A DNA stretch of 64,000 nt from Podarcis melisellensis (Eukaryota). The first letter of the stretch is position 1. The number at the start of each line of letters is the position of its first letter. The position numbers and the translations under genes were made by a program. The notes under the pieces are model-generated. The model had not been told where the DNA came from. It ran no database searches and was given only the letters and a program-made list of their open reading frames with translations. Positions 12,013 to 24,288 of the stretch are shown in pieces. The stretch lies in assembly GCA_964234715.1 (NCBI GenBank), contig OZ174281.1; one strand, given 5' to 3'.

Positions 12013-13172
12013 TCCAGCTAGCTCAGTAGTGTCTGTACTTGCTAGGCCCCAGTCTTCCAGTTTCAGACTGGGGTTTTCTCCAGCCCTTCCTGGATGTGCC
12101 AGAGAGTAATGATGCATTTGGCATCACATATAGTAGGGCCCTAAGTCACATTTAATGATTTTGTTCAGCTTATCCATCTGTCAATGAGAATTTGATGCAC
12201 TGGGCTAGTAAAATCAGAAGTGACTAGATGTGCTTTGTCAAAAAGACCAACTTCCAAGGGCACAGTAACCAGTCTGAATATATATTACTCTAATTGACTG
12301 AACACTCTAGAATCAGCTCCCTCATTATCATTCAGTGAAAATCAGGTAAAATACAGTTCCCCAATACTAACTGTCACCTCTTATGAAAATAATGTTAACA
12401 TAATGAAAGTCCATAACTGTAAACTCTGTTCTTTGAGTACTAAAGAGTAGGGGCTCCAGACAGTCTGGATCTTCAGAAAGGCAATAACATCAAGCAAATC
12501 CATTTTTTCTCCCCTTCACACTTCTCTCTGACATAATTGCTGGTGCTCCAGAGAGATTGTTTACAAACTGATTCTCTCTACACTATAGTTCTCCTCAATG
12601 ACTTTTAATAGTACATGGAGTGGGCGGGGTGGGGATAAAATATAGGCAAACAACTAAGAAAGTTGGGGACATTTGTAGTTCAAAAATGTGTGTAACAAGA
12701 CATACTTCCCTTGTAGTCATTTGCTCAAGCAAATTCCCTCACTAAGGAGCTTGTGAGGAACAGCACCTTTCCCTGGACTAAGAATCTGGGCAAGGCAACT
12801 CACCTTGGTCAAATGTGTGGGAATGTAAGACTGGATTACCATATCTGGTAAGGAATAATGTGGTAATTCTTTCGGGGGCATTTTACCCATCACACTGGGC
12901 TTGCCACTAAGCAGCATACATCCCTTTTGGGCGCATTGCAGAAGATCTATACTTGCATTCTAAGGCTTCACATCATATTCCAAACATAGTACACAAGCTG
13001 TGTACATTGGTAGTTCTGCACAATTGTCTTTCAAGGAACTTGCCCACCATTACTGGTCTTTTGTGGCAGTACCCCTAATAAACTCTGAGAGAATTACGTT
13101 CCTGGGTTGTTAGAGATCAATATTTCAATCACGTAAAGGTAGAAGGTAATTGATGGAGAGGGATGTCCTATC

Positions 13173-13213
<41 letters not shown>
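13173..13213. repeat. (AAT)n microsatellite
   Basis: About 13 perfect units. Confidence 0.95.
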
Positions 13214-13219
13214 TGCTAC

Positions 13220-13455
13220 CCATTAAACATTAAATAACTTCCCTATACTGTATAGGGCTATCTTCAGATGTATTCTAAAGGTTGTATAGTTACTTATTTC
13301 CTTGGCTCAGGAGTCGCATAACTCCATACCCTCCAACATTTCTCTGATTAAAATAGGGACGTTCTAAGGAAAAGTGGGACATTCCGGGATCAAATCAGAT
13401 ACCGGGATGGCTTCTGTAAATCTGGAACTATCCCTGGAAAATAGGGACACTTGGT
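13220..13455. mobile_element. second copy of the repeat at 9685-10030
   Basis: Direct sequence similarity between the two loci. Confidence 0.6.
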
Positions 13456-14475
13456 CTGTTAATCGCAGAAGAATTTGGTGACCTAAACAGGTTGAAGAAA
13501 GAATTGCATACACAAATAATTAGCAATATACTAAGGACACATTATGAGACACAAATCCAGTTAATTATTCTTAATGGGGGGCCAAAAAAGCAGATATAAA
13601 AAGCAATATTGCCATAGCAATTTCTAGGAGAGATACTGTTTTCTATCATCTAGGATGAGTGCCATGAACACAAATCAATACAAGAATAATGGCCATTTCC
13701 AACTGAGATTTTTGATTGAACTTTTAATGCACAGCAACCTTTGTTAATGATACTAACATGATACGTTATATATATTTAAACTGATACTTATTTGAATTGC
13801 TGGTGCAAGGAGGTTTACTGATTTTGAGTACAGTGCAATATGTTTTGGTGCAGGAGTTGAACCACAATAATTGCTATATAATCCAGTACTTCCTCCTCCT
13901 TTTAAATATGCTTTAGATAATTAGTTTGCTTCAGTTTTAATTATAGAAAGGATTGCAAGACAAAGGGTTGCTCAGGATTACTAAATAAACACAGCCAAGG
14001 ACAGAGCCAGAGCCCGCAGCAGAACAGCAAATTGTGCCAACCCACAGCCAAGATTTGTAGTATGCAAGTTTTGACACTTCCAATAGTAAACATGTTAATA
14101 ACAACAACAACACCATTTGTTACTCTTTCATGATACCCAAAATCATCTGCATGAGGCAACTTCCTCCCTCTGGCTAATATTAGAACCAGCCTGTAACAGT
14201 CTTCTAATTCCAAGGCCTTCTGTCTACTCAGTTTGTCTTGTGGTAGCAGGGCCCTACTCTGGCTGCCATGAAGCTGTCCACACAGCTAGATTTGGGCAGC
14301 AGACATTTGACCTTTTCTACTATTTTAACTACAAAGAAGGAAAAACAGAATCTTCTAAAATAACAGAAGCACTGTTAGTGAAGTATAGAAATAAATATTT
14401 TGGTTTACTTATGTCCATCTGGTTCTGTAACACACTTGCCACAACTCTGAGTTAACTTTTCTATGTTCTCTGATT

Positions 14476-14701
14476 CAGTGGTACCTCGGGTTACAGATGC
14501 TTCAGGTTACAGACTCCGCTAACCCAGAAATAGTGCTTCAGGTTAAGAACTTTGCTTCAGGATGAGAACAGAAATCATGCTCCGGCGGTGCGGTGGCAGC
14601 AGGAGGCCCCATTAGCTAAAGTGGTACTTCAGGTTAAGAACAGTTTCAGGTTAAGAACAGACCTCCAGAACAAATTAAGTTCTTAACCCGAGGTACCACT
14701 G
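14476..14701. mobile_element. Tc1/mariner (Tigger/pogo-like) MITE
   Basis: TIRs CAGTGGTACCTCGGGTTA / TAACCCGAGGTACCACTG. TA on the right, TT on the left. Same family as 9074-9299. Confidence 0.88.
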
Positions 14702-15217
14702 TACTTCAGCAACCAAAGTGCATTGTGATAAACATCACACTTGCTTCCAACCACAGGGATCATCTAAGGCAAATTCCTCATTTAGGACAAGAGGTCATTT
14801 TGTTCCATGCTTTTCTTGGAAACATTAAATGCTTCTCTATATTATTTATTAAGGTGCAAGATATTTTAAGAATAGAAGGCTGACGTACAGGTAAAGAAAG
14901 TCACTGCTCTCCACCTATGGCAGAAATTCATAGTGATGATGCTGTGTGAGCAATTTGTGTTTCATGTTCTTGGCACCAAAACAATGGAACAAGACTGATA
15001 AGAGCTTTCTGGGGGGAAACATGATGCTGTATGACTTTACATTGGGACCCTCAGAAATATGAGACACCCAAGGCTGGATTGGTGCTTTAAAAAGCACAAA
15101 AGAAGATGGACATCATCAAGCAATTAGAAATTCCATGAATGACTCTTTAAAAGTAAACTAAAAGTGCAGGGGCCCATTCTGGATTATTTGTCTAGTTTGG
15201 CCCAAACACTGCAGATT

Positions 15218-15219
15218 TT

Positions 15220-15266
<47 letters not shown>

Positions 15267-15268
15267 TT
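15218..15268. repeat. (TTTA)n microsatellite, probably the tail of a minus-strand LINE/SINE remnant
   Basis: About 12 units, followed by CTCAGGGCAGTTTACAAC (L2-like 3' end on the minus strand). Confidence 0.9.
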
Positions 15269-15841
15269 ATTTTGGACAACCCCCTCAACCTCTTTCTCAT
15301 CCATAGATCTCAGGGCAGTTTACAACATAAAAATACAATATAAAAGCACAAAATGCATGATGAAAACAAGAACAAAACAAACGAACCAATAACTCCCCCA
15401 AGGGATTGAGCTTGGCAACTTTGGCGTACAAAGTATGTGTTCAAATGCTGAATTACAGCCCCTTCCTCTAATACTATTACATTGCACAAGGTAAAGCTTG
15501 ACAAGGTCAGATTCAGCCTGTGAATTGGTTTGCCAACTATTGCCTTGGGTAGTTGTAGAGAGTCTGCCCTCTTCTTATTGCTGGGCAAGAGAAGGAAAAT
15601 AGTGTTTTCTGTTGGTTTATAATGTATTTACTTACTTACTTACTTACTTAATTTACATTTACACGAGCATGCACTGGGGATACATGCTTAGGGGAGCAGG
15701 GGAGACCCAGAAAACCTGTGACCCTGCTATGTAATGCATTGAGTTCTCCACCACCAATATAAGAAGGCAGCAATTTTCATTCCAACCTTTGTCACAGTCA
15801 GTGTTGTTTCCGTTCTGCTGCAGTTCTGCTTCCTCCAAATA

Positions 15842-16079
15842 CAGTGGTACCTCGGGTTAAGTACTTAATTCGTTCCAGAGGTCCGTTCTTAACCTGAAAC
15901 TGTTCTTAACCTGAAGCACCACTTTACCTAATGGGGCCTCCTGCTGCCGCACCGCCAGAGCACGATTTCTGTTCTAATCCTGAAGCAAAGTTCTTAACTT
16001 GAAGCACTATTTCTGGTTAGCAGAGTCTGTAACCTGAAGCGTATGTAACCTGAAGCATATGTAACCTGAGGTACCACTG
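15842..16079. mobile_element. Tc1/mariner (Tigger/pogo-like) MITE, opposite orientation to 14476
   Basis: TA-CAGTGGTACCTC...GAGGTACCACTG-TA. The body is the reverse complement of 14476-14701. Confidence 0.88.
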
Positions 16080-17624
16080 TAATACATTATTCATCACACT
16101 GTCTGCTGTTTAACATCATTTATGTAATTATTTACATAACTTATGAATTTAATGTAATTAATTACATAATTATTGCATTTCAATGCAAAGGTGAGGTAAT
16201 TTAAATTGAAGGGTGTCATCAATTGTGTATCATTTACGGACTGAAAACAACAGCAGCAAATGCCAATTGGCTGGAAATCAGATGAATAGGCAAACATCAA
16301 CAATGTCCACTTCTGACTTTGGGGTAGAATAGGAGTTTTTCTTCAAAGGATGTGTCCTTGATCCACAACAGTAAAAAAAAAAAAAAGAATGCAATAAAAA
16401 CACAAGAATTCTGCATATTAGCATTTCTTTAGCTATGTGAGAAACCATGCAGCTGAAAAATGAATTTCTTCCAAAACTGAAAGCTGCCTTTGGCAACCAG
16501 GAAACAGCGAAACATAAAAATCCCTTTTCAGCAAGGTATTGTGTTCTGTGCAGTAATTCTTATGTACAACACTCAGCAAATCTTTAAGTAGCAATATTTA
16601 ATCTTTTGCAAAACTGAATAATTTAATAAAATGTAAAGCTAGTTCAAAGATATTTAATTATTCAGTCCAGTTATTTTATACACACACACACACCTTTATA
16701 CCCAAATGATTTAAAACCATATAATCTAAGCCAATTTCAAAAACTTCAGACATGAATACAGTCACTTTTAACATGTCTTAATTGGGAACTTTCTTTGTTA
16801 TTTATTATTTTTATTTTAAGCATTTTGGCACTACATTATGAGTCTACAAAGTGGCTTATTAAAAAAACACCACATTCATATGAAAATGTAAATTTCTAAG
16901 TCTAGAAGCAGGAACAGCATGAGATGGGAAATACACCATAATGATATTAGTCCTGTTTTGTTAGCTCTTTCTACACTGGCCCTTTTCTCTAGTATTGCCA
17001 CCCTTTATACATTCACTTTTTACTGAGCAGCCAGACAATGCCATTTTCATCCTGTAGTATTCTAGTATTTTTATTGTTACACTTGTGTGGTTTCTTGGAG
17101 AACTGACTGGCTAGAGAGGAGGAGATTGATAGAAATGTTTGCCCTGGCTCTCTAAATTCAAATGGGTCACGAGAGGATGTGTGGGGCATGAAATAGTGTG
17201 GCTTTGAAGTTTAAGGGGAAACCTGAACAAAAAGTTGCTTGACATTTCACTTGGAAGGGCTAAGCCCTGCTTTCCTAATGGGCCAGAATATACTGACTTT
17301 AATCAGGGAGCAGGAGCAATGAAGAGTGGAAACAATGCAACAAACTAAAATACTAGAAGTCAACAACGGCTATTCATTGTTTGCAGTCATGTTTCAAAAA
17401 TACCATCTCAGTCAACAATGTATACTAATGACTTGGGGGCTCAGGGAGCTCTAATTCTGTGCATTCCACACATACCTATAAATCTGCCACTGCTAATGAT
17501 AATGTCTTACTACAGCAGGATTTTTCTCCCTTTGCTTTTGCTGAAATTGTAATTTTATTAAGGCACACATGTATTTTATTTCTTCATACCAATTTTCTTA
17601 GCAATGTTAGTGTTTACTTAGTTA

Positions 17625-17685
17625 CCGTATTTTCCGCTCTATAAGACGCACCAGACCACAAGACGCACCTAGTTTTTGGAGGAGG
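17625..17685. mobile_element. Tc2/pogo-type MITE, left-end fragment
   Basis: TA-CCGTATTTTCCGCTCTATAAGACGCAC...GCACCTAGTTTTT, homologous to the left end of 20988-22036. Confidence 0.7.
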
Positions 17686-19213
17686 TATTTAACAACCTTT
17701 ACATATTGCTTGATTATAGTAAAATCTCCAAGCAGTATACAAGAAATAGTAAAATTAATAATAAAAATATTTTAAAAATACAATTAAGCACATTTAAAAA
17801 TAATTAAAATTTCTTATGAATGAGTATTACGTGGAACCTGTAATAATGCCAGTTCTGCAGATCGAAGCAGTTGAGTGAGCACATGTGACGTTAGCAAATG
17901 ACACACTTATGGAGGGTAATGCTGAAGCAGTGTCCTCCTTTTCATTGTCTACTTTTATTAGGGGCCTATTCTGAAGGCAAAATAGGAATTTTCAGGCACT
18001 TCCAAGATGTTAACTGGACTGTAACCTTCAACAAATAGTACATCGCAGGTGCATCTGCTTCTAAACCAACATGTTTGGTTGGTTTGTATATTGCCTGTAA
18101 TTCGAAGGAGATTTATGTTCAAATAGTTTCCATGAAGTATGCTTGGTATGGAATCAGACTTTACAAGCTGAATGAGAGTTATACCTGGTATATATACAGT
18201 GGAGCAATTTAATGTAAACACTGGAAAAGATTCAGTACCGTACCCCCTTCTCTTCTCACCTCATATTTTAAGTCCTCACATCATGATAGAAGTGAATTAG
18301 TTTCTCCGGTTCAATGTGGATTGTCTTAACTTCATGCCAATATTAAATTGAAGAAATATTGTCCAATACTTTTAGGAGAAGCAGAAACTCTGCAGGAAAT
18401 ACTGCCCTCCACCAGCATGAATTCAAATAAAGAAGGCCTTTAATATCTCCTGCTGCATCATTTTTGTGTTTTCTGAATAGGTCTCTGTGACACCAAAGTT
18501 TAAGGATTTGAAAATGTAATGGAAAATTGTAAAGTAATAAGGTGGAGTGCCCCATGTGCACATGTGACCACAAGCACATCTGGAATCTTGCACACTGGAA
18601 TAAACACAGCTGTGTTTATCTGAATGTGTAGGACAGGTATTTATGCGCATGTACAAGGGACTCTTGCATTGCACATTCATACACACCAATGCAAAAGCTT
18701 GTCTTTTGAACTCAAGGTGATTGATTCGTTTTTATGATTTAAATTTTTGTGTGCAGTATAAGAAGATTAAAATGAACAATACCTCAACCAATTGTGATAG
18801 TCACATTTGTTTATATTTTATGCCCTAACAGATACATGATGTAATGTTGTGTTTCAGGGTGTCACCAGTCCCTAAGTTCCCCTGCAAAACACCCCCCTTA
18901 AAAATGACCTTGAGCCAAAGTGATTCATGTCTCCTTTGGTTTTACAAAATATGTTTACAAATTGATATAAGATAATGCAAAGTTCTATTTTAGTAAAACA
19001 AAGCATCTATATACATTCAAAGGCCATATGTATGGCATGCACACAGTATCTATATTTGCATTAAATTATATTGCTGTTGTTTTAATGATTATAGATTAGT
19101 AATTCTTTCTTGTGGTTGATAAGTGTAAACCGTTTAATTATTATCTACTGATATTTAATTTTACTGTTTACTATTAGATTCTGATGGATTGTTGAATGTT
19201 GCTTTGTATGGTA

Positions 19214-19577
19214 AAGGTAAAGGTAAAGGTACCCCTGCCCGTACGGGCCAGTCTTGCCAGACTCTGGGGTTGTGCGCCCATCTCACTCAAGAGGCCAGGG
19301 GCCAGCGCTGTCCGAAGACACTTCCGGGTCACGTGGCCAGCGTGACATCGCTGCTCTGGCGAGCCAGAGCTGCACACGGAAACGCCGTTTACCTTCCCGC
19401 TAGAAAGCGGTCCCTATTTATCTACTTGCACCCGAGGGTGCTTTCGAACTGCTAGGTTGGCAGGCGCTGGGACCGAACAACGGGAGCGCACCCCGCCGCG
19501 GGGATTCGAACCGCCGACCTTTCGATCGGCAAGCCCTAGGCGCTGAGGCTTTAACCCACAGCGCCACCCGCGTCCCC
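19214..19577 (-). mobile_element. Sauria SINE, full length, young subfamily
   Basis: Minus strand begins GGGACGCGGGTGGCGCTGTGGG with B box GGTTCGAATCC and ends in an (ACCTTT)n tail. 13-bp TSD GCTTTGTATGGTA at 19201-19213 and 19578-19590. CpGs intact. Confidence 0.92.
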
Positions 19578-19659
19578 GCTTTGTATGGTACAAGTTGCTT
19601 ATTTTAAAGTTATTGTGACTTTTTATATTGGATCAGATTGTTACTATTATTGTTTGATG

Positions 19660-19745
19660 GTTTCTTGTTTTTTTTCATATGTGTTGGAAGCCACCCAGAG
19701 TAGCTGGGGCAACCCAGCCAGATGGGCGGGATATAAATAAAAAAA
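19660..19745 (+). mobile_element. L2-type LINE/SINE 3' tail
   Basis: GGAAGCCACCCAGAGTAGCTGGGGCAACCCAGCCAGATGGGCGGGGATATAAATAA terminal hairpin plus AT-rich tail. Confidence 0.6.
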
Positions 19746-19840
19746 TATATATTATTTTTTACTATTATTTAAAGTATAGTGGCAATGGTACAATTGTTTT
19801 CCATACATCTTTTGGGTGTTTTTTTTACATGAATGTAGAT

Positions 19841-20055
19841 ACAGATAGGTAGCCGTGTTGGTCTGCCATAGTCAAAACAAAATAAAAAAATTCCTTCCAG
19901 TAGCACCTTAAAGACCAACTAAATTAGTTCTTGGTATGAGCTTTCGTGTGCATGCACACTTCTTCAGATACACAGATATGCACATGAAAGCTCATACCAA
20001 GAACTAACTTAGTTGGTCTTTAAGGTGCTACTGGAAGGAATTTTTTTATTTTGTT
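19841..20055 (-). mobile_element. Penelope-like pseudo-LTR fold-back insertion, copy C
   Basis: Mirror image of copy A: full arm with tail on the minus strand (19841-19973) and a truncated plus arm (19978-20055). 12-bp TSD ATGAATGTAGAT at 19829-19840 and 20056-20067. Confidence 0.8.
19934..19971 (-). ncRNA. minimal type-I hammerhead ribozyme motif (PLE-associated)
   Basis: Identical 38-nt motif on the minus strand. Confidence 0.75.
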
Positions 20056-20987
20056 ATGAATGTAGATGTTTAGCAAAAGTATCAAGAGGCAGATGCAGAA
20101 ATGCCTGGTGTTTCTACCTTTTTCATTTTCAGTATTCAAAGGGGATATTGCACAGGAAAAATGAGTAGGTTTCAACTATGCATATAAAAAAGTAAATTTG
20201 AGCCAAAGCTAGTCTGTGTTCTTAATAAGGAGTAATCCCAAGCATATGTAGAGTGACTTTCTCTCACTTCACAGTAGTCACACACATCTACTTCCTGGAA
20301 ATTTCATATCTATGAAAAGTGGTTTTCAGGAAAGTTGAGCTCTGTTTCCCCCCTTTTAGTCATTTAAAGCTCTGCTTAATAGTTACAATTTCCAATACAC
20401 AATAGCATCAGTAGCTGGGTTTGATGGCCTTGGTGAGCCACCATTGCTCTGAATTAGTAACCCCCCCCCCCCACTGACCACTGGTTTTGACTACAGCAAG
20501 TAGATATTTTCTGCTCTTGTCCCTTTAGTAAAACAAGCCTACAACCCTGGAATTAGGTCTGGGCATTATTGGTGTGTACCGTATTCTTAATGATTTTCAC
20601 ACAGCACTCTTTATATGCAGAGTTCCTTACAGTCATGTCTATCTCCTATGAATCTTGCCGACAGGTTTTACTGAAACCTTACTCATCCATTAGCTGCTGT
20701 AGTAAGGGAGAAAAGTGTAATAATCAACTCGATTTCAATTACCGTAGATGTTGACATGCATCGCTTGTCCATAGAATAAAATGCTTGACTTTAGTTGGAT
20801 TATGGCTTGTATAGATTCATAGAACATTTAGGGAATTAAGAATTTGGAGTTGCAAAATGTTAAAAGGCAACAGAATTGTATAAATCTAATGACTTATTCC
20901 TGAATCAAAAACATGGCTGAAGAATCTGAGAGTAATGTTGGACAAATTGTTGCAAAAGTTGCATATGCCCAAGAAAGCCAAGAATTA

Positions 20988-22036
20988 CCGTATTTTTCGC
21001 TCCATAGGGCGCATCTGACCATAGGGCGCACCTAGTTTTTAGAGGAGGAAGATACGGAAAAAAAATATTCTGAATCAAATGTTGCACTAAACTATTTAAA
21101 GCAGCAAAGCGGGCGGCTCCTGTCTGCTTTTCTGCTTTAAATCGAGCCTCAGAGGAGGGTAGGAAAGGGAACCATGGCTTATCTAAGTCCAGTTAATAAT
21201 GCTGACCCTGACTTATGGCCATCGAGATTAGCCTGGCCGTCTCAGTGGAAATCTGGGGAGGCTGAGGTGGACTTTCCAGTGGTCAAAGTGTGGTTGTGTC
21301 TTCCTGCCTGGCATCTATTTCCTGCCCTCTTTCCCCCCTGCACCCCCACACCCTGCTTCGAGGGAAGGAAGCGGAGCCATGGATCCTCTGCTCGCAACTG
21401 CAGTGGATTCCCTCCACTTTGAAGCAGGAAAGTGGGAGAGGAGCTGCTTACATGAGTGTAAGCTGCTCCCCTCCCACTTTGCTGCTTCAAAGGGAGCCCG
21501 GGAGGAGGGAATCCGCTGCAGCCACGAGCAGCGGAGGATCCGTGGTCCCCTTCCTTCCCTCCTCCGTAGTTGCTTTGAAGCAGGAAAGTGGGAGAGGAGC
21601 TGCTTACACGAGTGTAAGCTGCTCCCCTCCCACATTGCCACTTCAAAGGGAGCCCGGGAGGAGGGAATATGCTGCAGCTTCCCCCACCTCCCACAGAAGC
21701 CGCGCAGCCCCTTTAAAGAGCGCACGGCTTCTCCTGGCTTTTCTGGGAGGTGGGGGGATTCCCACACCTCGTAGAAAAGCCCACAGGAGCCGCACAGCCT
21801 TTAAAGAGGGCGCCACTCTTGGGGGCTTTTCCCCGAGGAGGGAGAAGGGAATGATGCGGCCAGTCAGTCCCTTCTCCCTCCTGGAGAAAAGCCTGCAAGA
21901 GCGCACGAAGCTTGTGTGCAGCTCTTGGGGGCTTTCCCCGTCTGCCTCCCCCCTGCATTCGCTCCATAGGACGCACACACATTTCCCCTTGCTTTTTAGG
22001 AGGGAAAAAGTGTGTCCTATGGTGCGAAAAATACGG
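20988..22036. mobile_element. Tc2/pogo-type non-autonomous DNA transposon
   Basis: TIRs CCGTATTTTTCGCTCCATAGG / CCTATGGTGCGAAAAATACGG, TA on both sides, GC-rich interior without transposase. Confidence 0.88.
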
Positions 22037-23062
22037 TAATATAGTACCACTGTATATAGTAACAAAGCAACATTATAAAAATGATCAATAAACAGGATAC
22101 CAAGCATCAAATGTTAAGAAGAATTAAAATATAGTATTAAATTCTCAGTATCAATCCAGTTTTAAACAGCATGGTTTTTTAAAAAAGAAAATGAAGGTAA
22201 TGTAAATAGAGCAGTACTTTGTAACATGAGAAATATATGCAGTTTTGGCAGGACTTTCCCCACATTTAAATAAGTGAATACTAAAATGCCCCCTGTGACC
22301 AATGCTGGCTGGTTGCCCAGTTGTATATGTTCCCAATATGCCCGCTTCCAAAACTCTGAAAATCCTGCAGCCACAAGTCAAGCATTTAATGTCACAGAAA
22401 AACTTCACTCCATAACTTTGGGGATAGTTAAGCAAATACCAGAGACCATGAGGCCTGCAGAGATCTAGAAGAGTATGGTCCAACTAAGCAAGCTGTGAAC
22501 AAATGACTGATACAGCTTTATGACCAGTGTGGGAGAAAAACTGAAGCTGTTCATGATCCTCAAAAAAGGGCAGGGGGATAAAGGAAACATGAGGGGACAA
22601 GGGGGCGAGTGTAAAGAGTTGTGCTGTTTGGACCATTAAAGAAGAGAATTGAGATAATGTCTGCAATACAAATTTGAGGTGCAATAATTATTTACCACAA
22701 AGAAAGCCTCCTTATACATAGTGGGACTTACTTCTGAGTAAACAAACATAGGATTCAGCTGTTAAACTAATTTAACATTCATGTAATTCCTTTACCCTTT
22801 GTCCCTAACAAGAGAGAGGGTGTGTTCCTCAGCACATAATGACTGAGAATTAAGTTCAACGAATGCATGCCAAATTCCCCATTCCATATTAAGGCTAATA
22901 TAATATGCCGAATGACCTCTTACATCTTTCCCAACAGGCTTCCCTGCTTTCTGGCCCCCCCTGCCACCTTTTTGTTTGTTTGATGATAGAACACCCAACA
23001 TAATAAAGAATTTTGCTCACTTCATTGATACATTTTATTTGCTCATAATAAAGGTATTGTGC

Positions 23063-23065
23063 TTT

Positions 23066-23133
<68 letters not shown>

Positions 23134-23135
23134 TC
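23063..23135. repeat. (TTTC)n microsatellite
   Basis: About 18 perfect units. Confidence 0.95.
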
Positions 23136-23532
23136 ATCTATCTATCTTTCTTTCTTTTATCCAAAGGTCCAGTTAAACTCAGGGAAGTATTTCGAATTTA
23201 AAAAATGCTTGGGATTGTGCTGTAGGAATTACTTTGACCTCAGCCATACATCTGCCTCTCACCCTGAGTATCTATCTGTGTATGTGTGTCTGTTTGCAGG
23301 TCAAAAGAAATAACTGTTACAAGTCATAGAACTCGCCCCCTCCCCTGATTATTTTTTGTTGACATCCATGTTTCCCGGGGGGGTGGGGGGTGGGCACAAC
23401 CATAAGGGATTTAATTTCAATCCTTTCTTCAGCAAGGCAGCATATCTTAAGTATTCCACTATATAGTAGAAAACATTAATAATGAGAGGATACTAGTTAA
23501 CAGTTTTTAGAAGAACCCTACAGCTGATATTA

Positions 23533-23886
23533 GGGACGTGGGTGGTGCTGTGGGTTAAACCACAGAGCCTAGGACTTGCCGATCAGAAGGTCGGAAGTTC
23601 GAATCCCCACGACGGGGTGAGCTCCCGTTGCTCGGTCCCTGCTCCTGTGAACCTAGCAGTTCGAAAGCACGTCAAAGTGCAAGTAGATAAATAGGTACTG
23701 CTCCGGCGGGAAGGTAAACGGTGCTTCCATGCGCTGCTCTGGTTTGCCAGAAGCAGCTTAGCCATGCTGGCCACATGACCTGGTAGCTGTACGCCGGCTC
23801 CCTCGGCCAGTAAAGCGAGATGAGCTCTGCAACCCCAGAGTCGTCCACAACTGGATCTAATGGTAAGGGGTCCCTTTCCCTTTTTA
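23533..23886 (+). mobile_element. Sauria SINE, full length, older subfamily
   Basis: GGGACGTGGGTGGTGCTGTGGGTTAAACC head, GTTCGAATCC B box, degraded CCTTT tail. TSD AGCTGATATTA / AGCTGATGTTA. Confidence 0.9.
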
Positions 23887-24201
23887 TAGCTGATGTTATT
23901 TCAGAGTCAAGTAGAAGCTGTTATTGCAAAGTGAAGTATTTATATGTTTTTGCATTTTATTTCTATTCTTCCAGGTCATTACAGCCCCAAGAAAATGTTT
24001 TGTCACATCGCCAGTCACAGCTGTTAAACTGATATTTTGAGGTTATTGATCTGGAGTTAGTACAGTCCAAGTCATGTGGAATTCTACTCAAAGAGCAACT
24101 ATCCATTGCCTTTAGACACAATACAATTCCTGGAATACACATTTACCTGCAGCCATATTTTTCTTTGCCAGGTGCTATCTAGTTTGGAAGAAAGCAATTA
24201 A

Positions 24202-24288
24202 GGCTGCAATTCTATACCCACTTACCTGGGAGGAAGTGCGATTCAACTCAGTGGTCCTTGTTTCTGAGTAGACAGATGCATGATTGCA
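24202..24288. repeat. short (~85 bp) imperfect-hairpin repeat, probable PIF/Harbinger-like MITE
   Basis: TAA-GGCTGCAAT...CACTTACCTGGGAG...TTCTGAGTAGACA...GATTGCA. Further copies near 22720, 37220-37380, 46425-46562 and 52955-53335. Confidence 0.55.

Noticed and set aside
21174-22110. Stack of long overlapping ORFs (up to 249 aa)
   Set aside because: They lie in the GC-rich palindromic interior of a TIR element, are open on both strands and show no transposase motifs.
22895-23313. ORFs with KERK / FFLS repeats
   Set aside because: Translation of the (TTTC)n microsatellite.
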